Part shown: positions 56,539 through 64,000 of the stretch, one piece after another | Layout: each line of letters opens with the position of its first letter | How positions within the stretch are numbered: the first letter of the stretch is position 1 | DNA from: a virus | Taxonomy: Duplodnaviria; Heunggongvirae; Uroviricota; Caudoviricetes | DNA: 64,000 bases | IMG/VR virus record: IMGVR_UViG_3300037245_002365 | Direction: 5' to 3' (one strand) | The notes under the pieces: generated by a model | Told to the model about the DNA's origin: nothing | Databases searched by the model: none | The model's input: only the letters and a program-made list of their open reading frames with translations | Translations under genes and position numbers: made by a program

Positions 56539-56839
56539 AGAAGAAAAAGAAATGACGACAGATGAGTTTTCAGAAATCGTTAAGGAAGGTATAACACTAG
56601 TAGATTTTTATGCTGATTGGTGTGGACCTTGTAAACAGATTGCACCAATATTAGAAGAACTTACTGATGTTAGAGTTCTAAAAGTTAATGTAGATGAGCA
56701 CAAAGATGTGACAACACTGCACGGGGTACGTAGTATTCCAACAGTATTTTTATATAAAGACGGTATAGTAGTTAAGTCACTTTTGGGTGCAAACTCAAAA
56801 GAAACCTACCAAAAAGCAATTGATGCATTAATCGAATAA
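56531..56839 (+). CDS. trx: Thioredoxin
   Basis: WCGPC active site, about 100 aa. Confidence 0.8.
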   Translation: MSEEEKEMTTDEFSEIVKEGITLVDFYADWCGPCKQIAPILEELTDVRVLKVNVDEHKDVTTLHGVRSIPTVFLYKDGIVVKSLLGANSKETYQKAIDALIE

Positions 56840-56843
56840 TGTT

Positions 56844-57098
56844 ATGGACGACAACAAAGTTGAAAAATATCATGAGATAGATTACACTATCTTAAAAGTA
56901 TGTGGTACTTGTATCCATGCTCGCTTTAAACCAAGAAATGTTTGGGGTACGTGTTCAAAATACGCATATGACCATATGAAACATACAGATTCCCATAGGC
57001 AATTAAGTATATATAAGTTTGGGACATGCCCAAGTGCAGAGGTCGATAATGCAATTAGAGATGCTTTAGGTAAGTATGCAATTTTGATAAAGAAATAA
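56844..57098 (+). CDS. Cys/His-containing small protein
   Basis: 84-aa ORF. Confidence 0.45.
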   Translation: MDDNKVEKYHEIDYTILKVCGTCIHARFKPRNVWGTCSKYAYDHMKHTDSHRQLSIYKFGTCPSAEVDNAIRDALGKYAILIKK

Positions 57099-57103
57099 AA
57101 TTC

Positions 57104-57169
57104 TGTAATGTAGCTCAGCGGACAGAGTCCCCGGCGGGGGAGACACGAGTTCGAATCTCGTCATTACGG
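57104..57169 (+). ncRNA. tRNA-like element with a truncated anticodon arm (66 nt)
   Basis: Acceptor TGTAATG/CATTACG. D-arm GCTC/GAGT. T-arm ACGAG-TTCGAAT-CTCGT. Only a TCCCC-GGCG-GGGGA hairpin where the anticodon arm should be. Confidence 0.35.
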
Positions 57170-57175
57170 AAGATA

Positions 57176-57249
57176 CGGGGTATGGCGCAGTCCGGTAGCG
57201 CACTCGCTTTGGGAGCGAGGGGCCGCAGGTTCGAATCTTGCTACTCCGA
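57176..57249 (+). tRNA. tRNA-Pro (TGG)
   Basis: Acceptor CGGGGTA/TACTCCG. D-arm GCGC/GCGC. Anticodon stem CTCGC/GCGAG with loop TTTGGGA. T-arm GCAGG-TTCGAAT-CTTGC. Confidence 0.8.
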
Positions 57250-57255
57250 CATTAT

Positions 57256-57331
57256 GGTGATTGTAGCTCAGTGGTAGAGCGCTCGGTTGTGGCCCGAGAG
57301 GTCGAGGGTTCGAGACCCTCCTTTCACCCCA
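57256..57331 (+). tRNA. tRNA-His (GTG) with a genomically encoded G-1 and encoded CCA
   Basis: Extra 5' G opposite discriminator C73. Anticodon stem CTCGG/CCGAG with loop TTGTGGC. T-arm GAGGG-TTCGAGA-CCCTC. Acceptor has two U-U mismatches. Confidence 0.7.
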
Positions 57332-57471
57332 AAGAAAAATGAGGAGTAAGTGCAGACATGGGAGGCACTATAAAAAGATCGAGGGTAGCAACCTCTTGGC
57401 CCCGCAGAGCACGTAAATCTGTGAGAAATTCGCTTCCTCATTAAAAATTAACAAAAACCAATAAATAAATA

Positions 57472-57729
57472 ATGGTATACAATCCAGACGTAACAACGGC
57501 AAAACCAGCAACACCACTGAAATCAAAAAAGATAGAAGTGAAAAGAATACAGTCTAACAATGATGTTGTAGACATAATTGAGAATGAAGGGATGGGCTAT
57601 GCAGTAATGAACTACATGGATTCCAGCCAGATTATGGATTTAGAACTAGCAGAGTTGTGGGACGAAGCAGCTACAGCATTAGGTGCTTTAGAATCATATC
57701 TTAGAGCAAATTCAAAATATGAATATTAA
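57472..57729 (+). CDS. Hypothetical protein
   Basis: 85-aa ORF. Confidence 0.5.
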   Translation: MVYNPDVTTAKPATPLKSKKIEVKRIQSNNDVVDIIENEGMGYAVMNYMDSSQIMDLELAELWDEAATALGALESYLRANSKYEY

Positions 57730-57731
57730 TC

Positions 57732-58289
57732 ATGTTAGAATTAGAAATGAACTCAGTAGACTTGGAACCTAGGTTGCGACAAGTACAAGAAGTAGACATG
57801 ACCCGTACAGTGTGTACCTCCTGTGGTGAGGGAACTTATAGGGAAACTTTATTTTTTGATGATATGGATGGTGTTTTACACTGCGAAATATGTAATCATG
57901 AAACTAAAAGATGGCAAAAACCAATCACAACTGGTGAGCCCGTTTATGTAACTAGCTTTGATTTAACTAAAGTAGTGGTTGCAGACGATTTGATTTATAA
58001 AGAACCACCACGAGTAGTACACCTCAAAGTGGAACCTTATGACGTGTATATAGGCAGGCCCTCAATTTGGGGTAACCCCTACTCACACAAGAGTGACACA
58101 TTAGCAGAATTTAAAGTGTCCAGTAGAGAAGAAGCTGTAGAATGTTACAGAACTTGGTTTCCTAAACAAGAAGGCGCTTTAGAAGCGGTAAAGGATTTGA
58201 GAGGACAAATACTAGGTTGCTGGTGTAAGCCTAAAGCTTGCCACGGCGACGTATTACTAGAATTAGCAAACGCAGAAAAGGAAGAGTAA
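57732..58289 (+). CDS. Zn-ribbon plus DUF4326-like protein
   Basis: CTSCGEG...CEICNH, then VYIGRPSIWGNPYSH...CWCKPKACHGD, which is typical of DUF4326. Confidence 0.5.
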   Translation: MLELEMNSVDLEPRLRQVQEVDMTRTVCTSCGEGTYRETLFFDDMDGVLHCEICNHETKRWQKPITTGEPVYVTSFDLTKVVVADDLIYKEPPRVVHLKVEPYDVYIGRPSIWGNPYSHKSDTLAEFKVSSREEAVECYRTWFPKQEGALEAVKDLRGQILGCWCKPKACHGDVLLELANAEKEE

Positions 58290-58462
58290 ATGCCAGAAAC
58301 AGAAGAAACTTGTATATGGTTAGAAAAGTGGTGGGCAGCAGATAACTTTCATGACGAATATTATTATACAACTTGCTCGACTAATGTAGAATATAATGAT
58401 GCAAAAGAATACAAATATTGTCCATTTTGTGGAAAACTAATAATGAAAATCAAGGAATAAAA

Positions 58463-58840
58463 ATGTTATTAAAAATAACTAGAGAATTTCTTAGAGCACA
58501 TCCAAATTATATATTTGTGTTCGGAGACAATTTATTAAGACGCGGAACTGGTGGAGCAGCCGCATTACGTGATGTGCCCAATACATATGGATTCATTACC
58601 AAAAAGACCCCCACCCACGATGACGCAGCCTATTTTACTCCTGAAGAATACGCAGACGTATTCAAAGAAGAGTATGGTAAATTGGCGGTTGCCATAGATT
58701 ATAATGGTGACACAAATACTAAGTATTTCATATCGAAACTTGGATCAGGCTTAGCGAATAAGTTTGGAATTTTTGAGCAAGTAATAAATCCAAGAATCTT
58801 GGATTTAGACAAATACCCTAATGTAACACTTTTATGGTAA
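58463..58840 (+). CDS. Rossmann-like (LOG/SLOG-like?) hypothetical protein
   Basis: IFVFGDNLLRRGTGGAAALR is a Gly-rich loop after a beta strand. Start placed at the ATG after AAGGAA. Confidence 0.35.
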   Translation: MLLKITREFLRAHPNYIFVFGDNLLRRGTGGAAALRDVPNTYGFITKKTPTHDDAAYFTPEEYADVFKEEYGKLAVAIDYNGDTNTKYFISKLGSGLANKFGIFEQVINPRILDLDKYPNVTLLW

Positions 58841-58852
58841 AGGATTAAAAAT

Positions 58853-59068
58853 ATGATACTAGAAGTTATATTTGTAGTATATCTGCTAATTGTACTAGCC
58901 ATGCTTGCAACAATATTGCCATTAGTTAAAGGTTTACCAGCAAAAAATAAATTAATAGCTTTATTTATAGCTATGGGTTGGCCATATTTACTAGCCGATG
59001 CTTATTTTATGCTTGCGTCACCACACATAAAGTCTTATATCGTAGGTAGATGGAAACACTATTGTTAA
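58853..59068 (+). CDS. Small membrane protein
   Basis: Two TM helices. Confidence 0.5.
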   Translation: MILEVIFVVYLLIVLAMLATILPLVKGLPAKNKLIALFIAMGWPYLLADAYFMLASPHIKSYIVGRWKHYC

Positions 59069-59085
59069 AAATGAAGAGGTAATTT

Positions 59086-59095
59086 GGTATAAGAA
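59086..59095 (+). promoter_or_regulatory. GGTATAAGAA promoter-like motif
   Basis: Exact motif 45 nt upstream of 59140. Confidence 0.45.
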
Positions 59096-59139
59096 ACCTA
59101 GAAGACTTTATTAAATAACAATCCGAAAGGAAACAAACA

Positions 59140-59940
59140 ATGTCAAAAGACGTTCGTTTAGTACTTATCGATATCCAGAATGACTTCTGCGATCCTATTG
59201 GATCACTGTATGTCGCTGGTGCAGAAGAAGACGCTTCAAGAGTGGCGACTATGATAGGGCGATTAGGCTCTAGAATTAGTAAAATCCATTTAACCATGGA
59301 TTCTCACCGCCCATTTGATGTGGCGCATCCAATTTTTTGGACAAATAGTGATGGTAAACACCCAGACCCATATACTCCGATTTCCGTCGATGACGTGAAA
59401 AACGGCGTATGGCTCACATCTATTCCTGGCCTACAAAAATACGTCTTGGGATACGTAGAGGCTTTAGCCTCTAAGGGTAAGTATGGCTTGTTTATCTGGC
59501 CAGAGCATTGTTGCATTGGTACATGGGGACATGGAATTTTCCCAGTAGTATCAGAAGCAGTAATGGATTGGGAACGTGATTTGGTCACGATGTCAGATAT
59601 TGTAACTAAAGGGAGCAATCCTTTTACGGAGCATTATTCGGCTATTGAGGCAGAAGTTCCCAGTGACAATGACCCCACCACTCAATTAAACACCGCATTT
59701 ATCGATACTCTGCAAGATGCAGATATTGTGGCAATTGCCGGTGAAGCCTTGAGCCACTGTGTTGCAAATACTGTTAATGACATCATTAAGAAATTTGGTG
59801 ATGACCATACTAAGAAAATAGTATTGTTGACAGATGCTTGCAGTAACGTTACTAACTTTGAAGGCCTGGGCGATACCTTTGTAGCAGAAGCTACAGCCAA
59901 AGGTATGCAGGTTTCAACCACAATCGAATTCTTAAAATAA
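59140..59940 (+). CDS. Isochorismatase-family cysteine hydrolase (nicotinamidase/PncA-like)
   Basis: VLIDIQNDF carries the catalytic Asp motif. ...ALSHCVANTV contains the Cys. Confidence 0.6.
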   Translation: MSKDVRLVLIDIQNDFCDPIGSLYVAGAEEDASRVATMIGRLGSRISKIHLTMDSHRPFDVAHPIFWTNSDGKHPDPYTPISVDDVKNGVWLTSIPGLQKYVLGYVEALASKGKYGLFIWPEHCCIGTWGHGIFPVVSEAVMDWERDLVTMSDIVTKGSNPFTEHYSAIEAEVPSDNDPTTQLNTAFIDTLQDADIVAIAGEALSHCVANTVNDIIKKFGDDHTKKIVLLTDACSNVTNFEGLGDTFVAEATAKGMQVSTTIEFLK

Positions 59941-59951
59941 GGAAGCACTAC

Positions 59952-60695
59952 ATGTCAGAACATGAAGACGTTATGGCGCAAATGACCACAGGTTCAAACT
60001 ATGGTTTCAGTGCCGTCAATCTTGACAATATTGAAGCAACGGAAATTACCTTGGTGACTATCGTTGTGGATACGTCATATTCCTTAGATGGTCAGGCAAA
60101 ATCATTGGAAGATATGATTAAAGCAGCCATCGGCTCTTGTCAGAAAAGCCCACGGGCTGAAAATGTGATGATAAGGTTAGTTACCTTTAATCGCACTGAG
60201 CATGAAGAGCATGGTTTCAAACTGTTGAGCACAATTGACCTTGCTGATTATGATGGCATGATCACCATTCAAGGCAATACACTGCTCTTTGATACAGCCG
60301 CGCACTCCTTGGAAGCAATACAAAAGTATGGTAAAGACCTTAACGATAATCGTTATCTTACCAATGCAATTGTGTTCTTCATCACTGATGGTGCGGATAC
60401 GCATTCAACTTACACGCCGAATACAATCAAGAATTTGATTGCAGAGATTCGTCGGTCGGAAGACCTCGATTCGCTTGCAACTGTCTTGATCGGCATGAAC
60501 AAAGAAGCGTATGTTCAGCAATATCTTGATACCTTCAAGAATGATGCTGGCCTTGACCATTATCATGAAATGGGTGATGTTACTCCAGAGAAACTGGCTA
60601 TATTGGCCGGTTACATCAGTACCAGCATTCAGTCATCTTCACAAGCAATAACGACTGGTGGTCCCTCAAAGACCCTGGGCGATTTGAAGTTCTAG
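59952..60695 (+). CDS. vWA-domain protein (TerY-like)
   Basis: MIDAS motif DTSYSL...T...ITDGAD. Confidence 0.65.
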   Translation: MSEHEDVMAQMTTGSNYGFSAVNLDNIEATEITLVTIVVDTSYSLDGQAKSLEDMIKAAIGSCQKSPRAENVMIRLVTFNRTEHEEHGFKLLSTIDLADYDGMITIQGNTLLFDTAAHSLEAIQKYGKDLNDNRYLTNAIVFFITDGADTHSTYTPNTIKNLIAEIRRSEDLDSLATVLIGMNKEAYVQQYLDTFKNDAGLDHYHEMGDVTPEKLAILAGYISTSIQSSSQAITTGGPSKTLGDLKF

Positions 60696-61523
60696 GTGCA
60701 TTCAGATAGTCATTTCCTAATTGGGCATAGTCACCGTGTATGCGAGGACTATGCCCTTTCTGGGATTACCGAAGACGGTTTTACTCATTACGCAATAATA
60801 TCTGATGGATGTTCAGATTCCAAGAAGCATCATTCAAAAGCTAAAACAGACCTCGGAGCAAGAATTCTTGCTCATTGTGCTGTGCGTGCTATAAACAATA
60901 TCTTTACGGAGTTGTTTGATGTAAGTAATTTACACCGTATCATGGGAAAAATTATCATTAACAATGCACAAAGAGTAATAAGAGACCTTGGTTTACCTGA
61001 GGCTTCTTTGGACGCAACTTTAATAATTAGTATAGTAACTCGTGATGGTAGTTCATTCGTGTTTTTTTACGGTGACGGTACAGTCGCTTATAGAAAAGAC
61101 GATCTTGAAACACTGTACACAATATCCTATCCTTCAAATGCACCTTATTATTTATCATATCTTTTGAACAATGATAGAAATACGGCATACTTTGAAGAAT
61201 TTGGTAATACCTATACTATAGAAAGGCACAGTCTGAATGAGAAACTTGTTGTAGAAAACACAGTAGATGAATATGCAATAAGTTGTAAAGATGTTTGTAT
61301 TTGCGATGTAGGTGATATCATAACTATAATGTCGGATGGTGTGGACACGTTTGAGAAATTAGACGGGTCTGAATTACCACACAACGTTGTTGCAGATATA
61401 ACCGACTTCAAACGTACAGCAGGTGAGTATGTTACACGTCAAATGATTTGGTTAGCGAATAGAAACACTAAACAAGACATTGTACATAAAGACGATTTCT
61501 CAATGGCATCTATATGCCTTTAA
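60696..61523 (+). CDS. PP2C-family Ser/Thr phosphatase
   Basis: GHSHRVCEDYA...YAIISDGCSDS...YGDGT are PP2C-like metal-binding Asp motifs. GTG start abuts the vWA stop. Confidence 0.55.
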   Translation: MHSDSHFLIGHSHRVCEDYALSGITEDGFTHYAIISDGCSDSKKHHSKAKTDLGARILAHCAVRAINNIFTELFDVSNLHRIMGKIIINNAQRVIRDLGLPEASLDATLIISIVTRDGSSFVFFYGDGTVAYRKDDLETLYTISYPSNAPYYLSYLLNNDRNTAYFEEFGNTYTIERHSLNEKLVVENTVDEYAISCKDVCICDVGDIITIMSDGVDTFEKLDGSELPHNVVADITDFKRTAGEYVTRQMIWLANRNTKQDIVHKDDFSMASICL

Positions 61524-61541
61524 AAAGCAGAAGGGGTTGCC

Positions 61542-63242
61542 ATGTCGAGACAAGTACTCATTAAAAATGTTGGAAATGTGACATTGACAGATAATAACTT
61601 TGTAGGTGCTGGCGGCGAAGCTGCTGTGCATAGACAAGGTAATCATGCAATAAAGGTTTATCATGACGAAGGCAAAACATTACCTGAAAAGAAAATAATC
61701 GAATTAGGTAATATTAGGGCTACAAATGTATTAAAGCCTTTACATTCTGTATACGATACCAAGACTAATAATCTTATCGGATACGCAATGCAGTATGTTG
61801 ATGGTACACATCCAATATGTAAACTGTTTACAAAATCGTTCAGAAACAAATACAATATAGATCACAGAATGATATACAAGTTAGTCAACTCTATACAGGA
61901 GACTGCTGCTAGTATTCATTTCGATAAGTGTTTAATAGTAGACTTCAATGAAATGAACCTACTAACTTCCAGTGACTTCAAAATACCATACTTTATTGAT
62001 GTGGATAGTTATCAGACTCCCTCATTCCCGGCAACGGCTTTGATGGAATCAATACGAGACCACACTTCCCCTCTGGGGAAGTTCAGTATTTATACTGATT
62101 GGTTTGCCTTCGGTATCTTGGCATTCCAGCTATATATTGGTATCCACCCCTTCAAGGGTAGACATCCAAACTATAAACCTGGAGATTGGCAGCAACGGAT
62201 GGAAGACGGTATATCTGTGTTTAACAAAGATGTACAACTTCCGCCAGTATGCAATCCCTTTGCTATAATACCCCCACGACATAAAGATTGGTTTGAAGAT
62301 ATGTTCGTTAATAATAACCGTAGTGAACCACCACGGATGGACTCAAGCGAACCAATAACCATGGAAGTAAAACGTGTTGTAATAAATTCAACAAATCTAT
62401 TTGACATCAAAGAGATTGTTGAGTTGGAATCGAAGTTCGATATAGTTACTTCTGCTTACAGCTTTGTAGGACAGAAGCACTATGTTACGCAGGATCGAAT
62501 CTATGCGGGTAAACGTCTCATACAGGACGGTTTGGCCAAAGAGAAAAACGATAAGATACTGCTAGCTTCGTCACCAACCAGTAGACCTGTCATATGCAAA
62601 TTAAAAGACAAATTCCTATCCATGTATGAAATGGACGGTGGATATCTTGGAAAAATACCTTGCAAAGGTGCAACGGTAATTTCCGGACGGCTCCTTGCTG
62701 TATCAACCATGGGTTTGACTGAAGTTGAGTTTAAAGAATATGGCGGTAAACTGACTTATTTTGAAAAGGTGGGGTCAGGAGCTGGTGAGCATTCTAGGTT
62801 ATTTGACGGAGTACTCTGTCAAAATCTATTAGGCAAACCATTCCTAACTGTACCCACAGAAAGCGGGTTCGCTTCCTACAAAACAGTAGAGTTAGAAGAC
62901 TATAGAGTCATAGACATGAAACTGGAACGGAACATCTGTGTTCTAATGGCTGAAAAGAAAGGAATCTATTATAGGTTCGTATTCATTTTCGACCATAAAA
63001 AACACACCTATGATCTAAGAATTACAAAAGACGTTCCTTTTGACGCAATTAACTTTACAGTTACTAGGAAAGGTATCTGCATTCTATCGACTGAAAACAA
63101 CCAATTGGAACTCTTTAGAGATAACCGCGCCGTTAAGGTTGTGGAGAACTCTCCAATAGATTCTTCAATGACATTGTTTAGTTTTGACAATACTGTGTAT
63201 TTCGCACATGAAAACAAAGTAATGTCAATTACAATGAAATGA
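61542..63242 (+). CDS. Ser/Thr protein kinase-like protein with a C-terminal extension (566 aa)
   Basis: Gly loop VGAGGEAAVH, then AIKVY (VAIK Lys). HFDKCLIVDFNEMN looks like the catalytic loop and IDVDSY is DFG-like. The C-terminal ~280 aa is unassigned. Confidence 0.55.
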   Translation: MSRQVLIKNVGNVTLTDNNFVGAGGEAAVHRQGNHAIKVYHDEGKTLPEKKIIELGNIRATNVLKPLHSVYDTKTNNLIGYAMQYVDGTHPICKLFTKSFRNKYNIDHRMIYKLVNSIQETAASIHFDKCLIVDFNEMNLLTSSDFKIPYFIDVDSYQTPSFPATALMESIRDHTSPLGKFSIYTDWFAFGILAFQLYIGIHPFKGRHPNYKPGDWQQRMEDGISVFNKDVQLPPVCNPFAIIPPRHKDWFEDMFVNNNRSEPPRMDSSEPITMEVKRVVINSTNLFDIKEIVELESKFDIVTSAYSFVGQKHYVTQDRIYAGKRLIQDGLAKEKNDKILLASSPTSRPVICKLKDKFLSMYEMDGGYLGKIPCKGATVISGRLLAVSTMGLTEVEFKEYGGKLTYFEKVGSGAGEHSRLFDGVLCQNLLGKPFLTVPTESGFASYKTVELEDYRVIDMKLERNICVLMAEKKGIYYRFVFIFDHKKHTYDLRITKDVPFDAINFTVTRKGICILSTENNQLELFRDNRAVKVVENSPIDSSMTLFSFDNTVYFAHENKVMSITMK

Positions 63243-63364
63243 TGGCAGGCGGGGTGATGAGGTATTTGATGGTTTCGACCATTCTCATATGATGTTAATC
63301 AAAATTAAAGCCACTGGAACCCCGCTTATCATTACCAAGCATATAAATATAAGGAACAAAAATA

Positions 63365-64000
63365 TTGAGTATACCAGAAGAAAAATCTACCGCACCAGAA
63401 AAAACTCTCACACCACTAAACGCAGATTTCGAAGAAGATTTAGATAATGGTGTTGAAGACCAAAAAGTGGACCCTGAGCATCAGTCTAATTTAAGTCCTT
63501 GGGAAAATGAAGAAGACAACGCATTATACATGGCACCCCCTGCTGATCACCGTAACATAGTAAGAAATATAACTAGGGGAATGCAACAACATAATGAAGG
63601 AACAACCGTTGTTCAAGCCAATCAATACTCTAATGCCGTAAGCACTGCCCTAAAGGGTAATAGGCTTAGATGGTTAAGAGATAAATTGAATGGGCTCTCA
63701 TTATCTAGTGCGGAGACAATAGAATTTACAATAGATCGAAGCGAGAGAGAAAAAGTTAAGAAAATACTTACCTCTCTTGGAGAAATATTATTGAGTGCGC
63801 CAACACTTGTTAATACTTTATATAAAGACTCTTTATTGACTTCTAAGATTGTATCCAGAAGTCAGCATGTTGATATTTCTATCACTGCTTTCTCGGACAC
63901 ACCAGAAAAAACAGAAGCGATATTAGATGAATTAAGAAAATTGACTGAATTCGCGGTCACAGAAGCATTATTGGTGGATATAAATTGGTATTTTAGAGGC
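63365..64000 (+). CDS. Hypothetical acidic protein, truncated at the window end
   Basis: ORF open to position 64000. TTG or internal ATG start. Confidence 0.45.
   Translation, partial: MSIPEEKSTAPEKTLTPLNADFEEDLDNGVEDQKVDPEHQSNLSPWENEEDNALYMAPPADHRNIVRNITRGMQQHNEGTTVVQANQYSNAVSTALKGNRLRWLRDKLNGLSLSSAETIEFTIDRSEREKVKKILTSLGEILLSAPTLVNTLYKDSLLTSKIVSRSQHVDISITAFSDTPEKTEAILDELRKLTEFAVTEALLVDINWYFRG

Noticed and set aside
1-64000. Integrase, transposase or prophage att sites
   Set aside because: No tyrosine- or serine-recombinase motifs and no long flanking direct repeats were seen. The HNH genes are homing-type, not transposases.

Overview
This window looks like an AT-rich segment of a large tailed-phage genome (T4-like or jumbo-phage style). 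The left 3.6 kb carries minus-strand virion genes (likely baseplate or tail). Everything to the right is a plus-strand block of small, tightly packed, often translationally coupled accessory genes. The main content is: (1) a multigene family of at least 14 paralogous small proteins in two tandem arrays (3660-7096 and 10170-14389), whose conserved C-terminal W-I/L-T-L-K-E codons double as the AAGGAG ribosome-binding site of the next paralog; (2) a 0.9-kb repeat-dense non-coding region at 9240-10170 between the two arrays, full of TTGTAGCA motifs, next to a triple-helix-turn-helix NUMOD1-like (nuclease-associated DNA-binding repeat) protein; (3) a tRNA and RNA-repair neighbourhood from about 39200 to 57330. 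It contains 13 canonical tRNAs (Gly/Trp?, Asp, Ala, Asn, Glu, Met, Met/Ile, Arg, Phe, Thr, Pro, His with an encoded G-1), several aberrant tRNA-like elements, and GC-rich structured non-coding stretches. It also contains four paralogous HNH homing endonuclease genes with their own sigma70-like promoters and leaderless starts, two of which overlap tRNA genes. The enzymes here are Rnl1- and Rnl2-like RNA ligases, a Thg1-like tRNA-His guanylyltransferase homologue, SpoU/TrmH methyltransferase, metallophosphoesterase, HD phosphohydrolase, HAD nucleotidase, ThyX, thioredoxin, MazG, two Nudix hydrolases, a NADAR domain protein and a DprA/SLOG Rossmann protein; (4) a phage-encoded TerY-P-like triad of vWA protein, PP2C phosphatase and Ser/Thr kinase (59952-63242), beside an isochorismatase/nicotinamidase-like hydrolase; (5) an SPFH/band-7 membrane protein. 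A phage-specific promoter-like motif, TGGTATAAGAA, recurs upstream of many genes. All functional calls come from motif recognition by eye. No database search was run.
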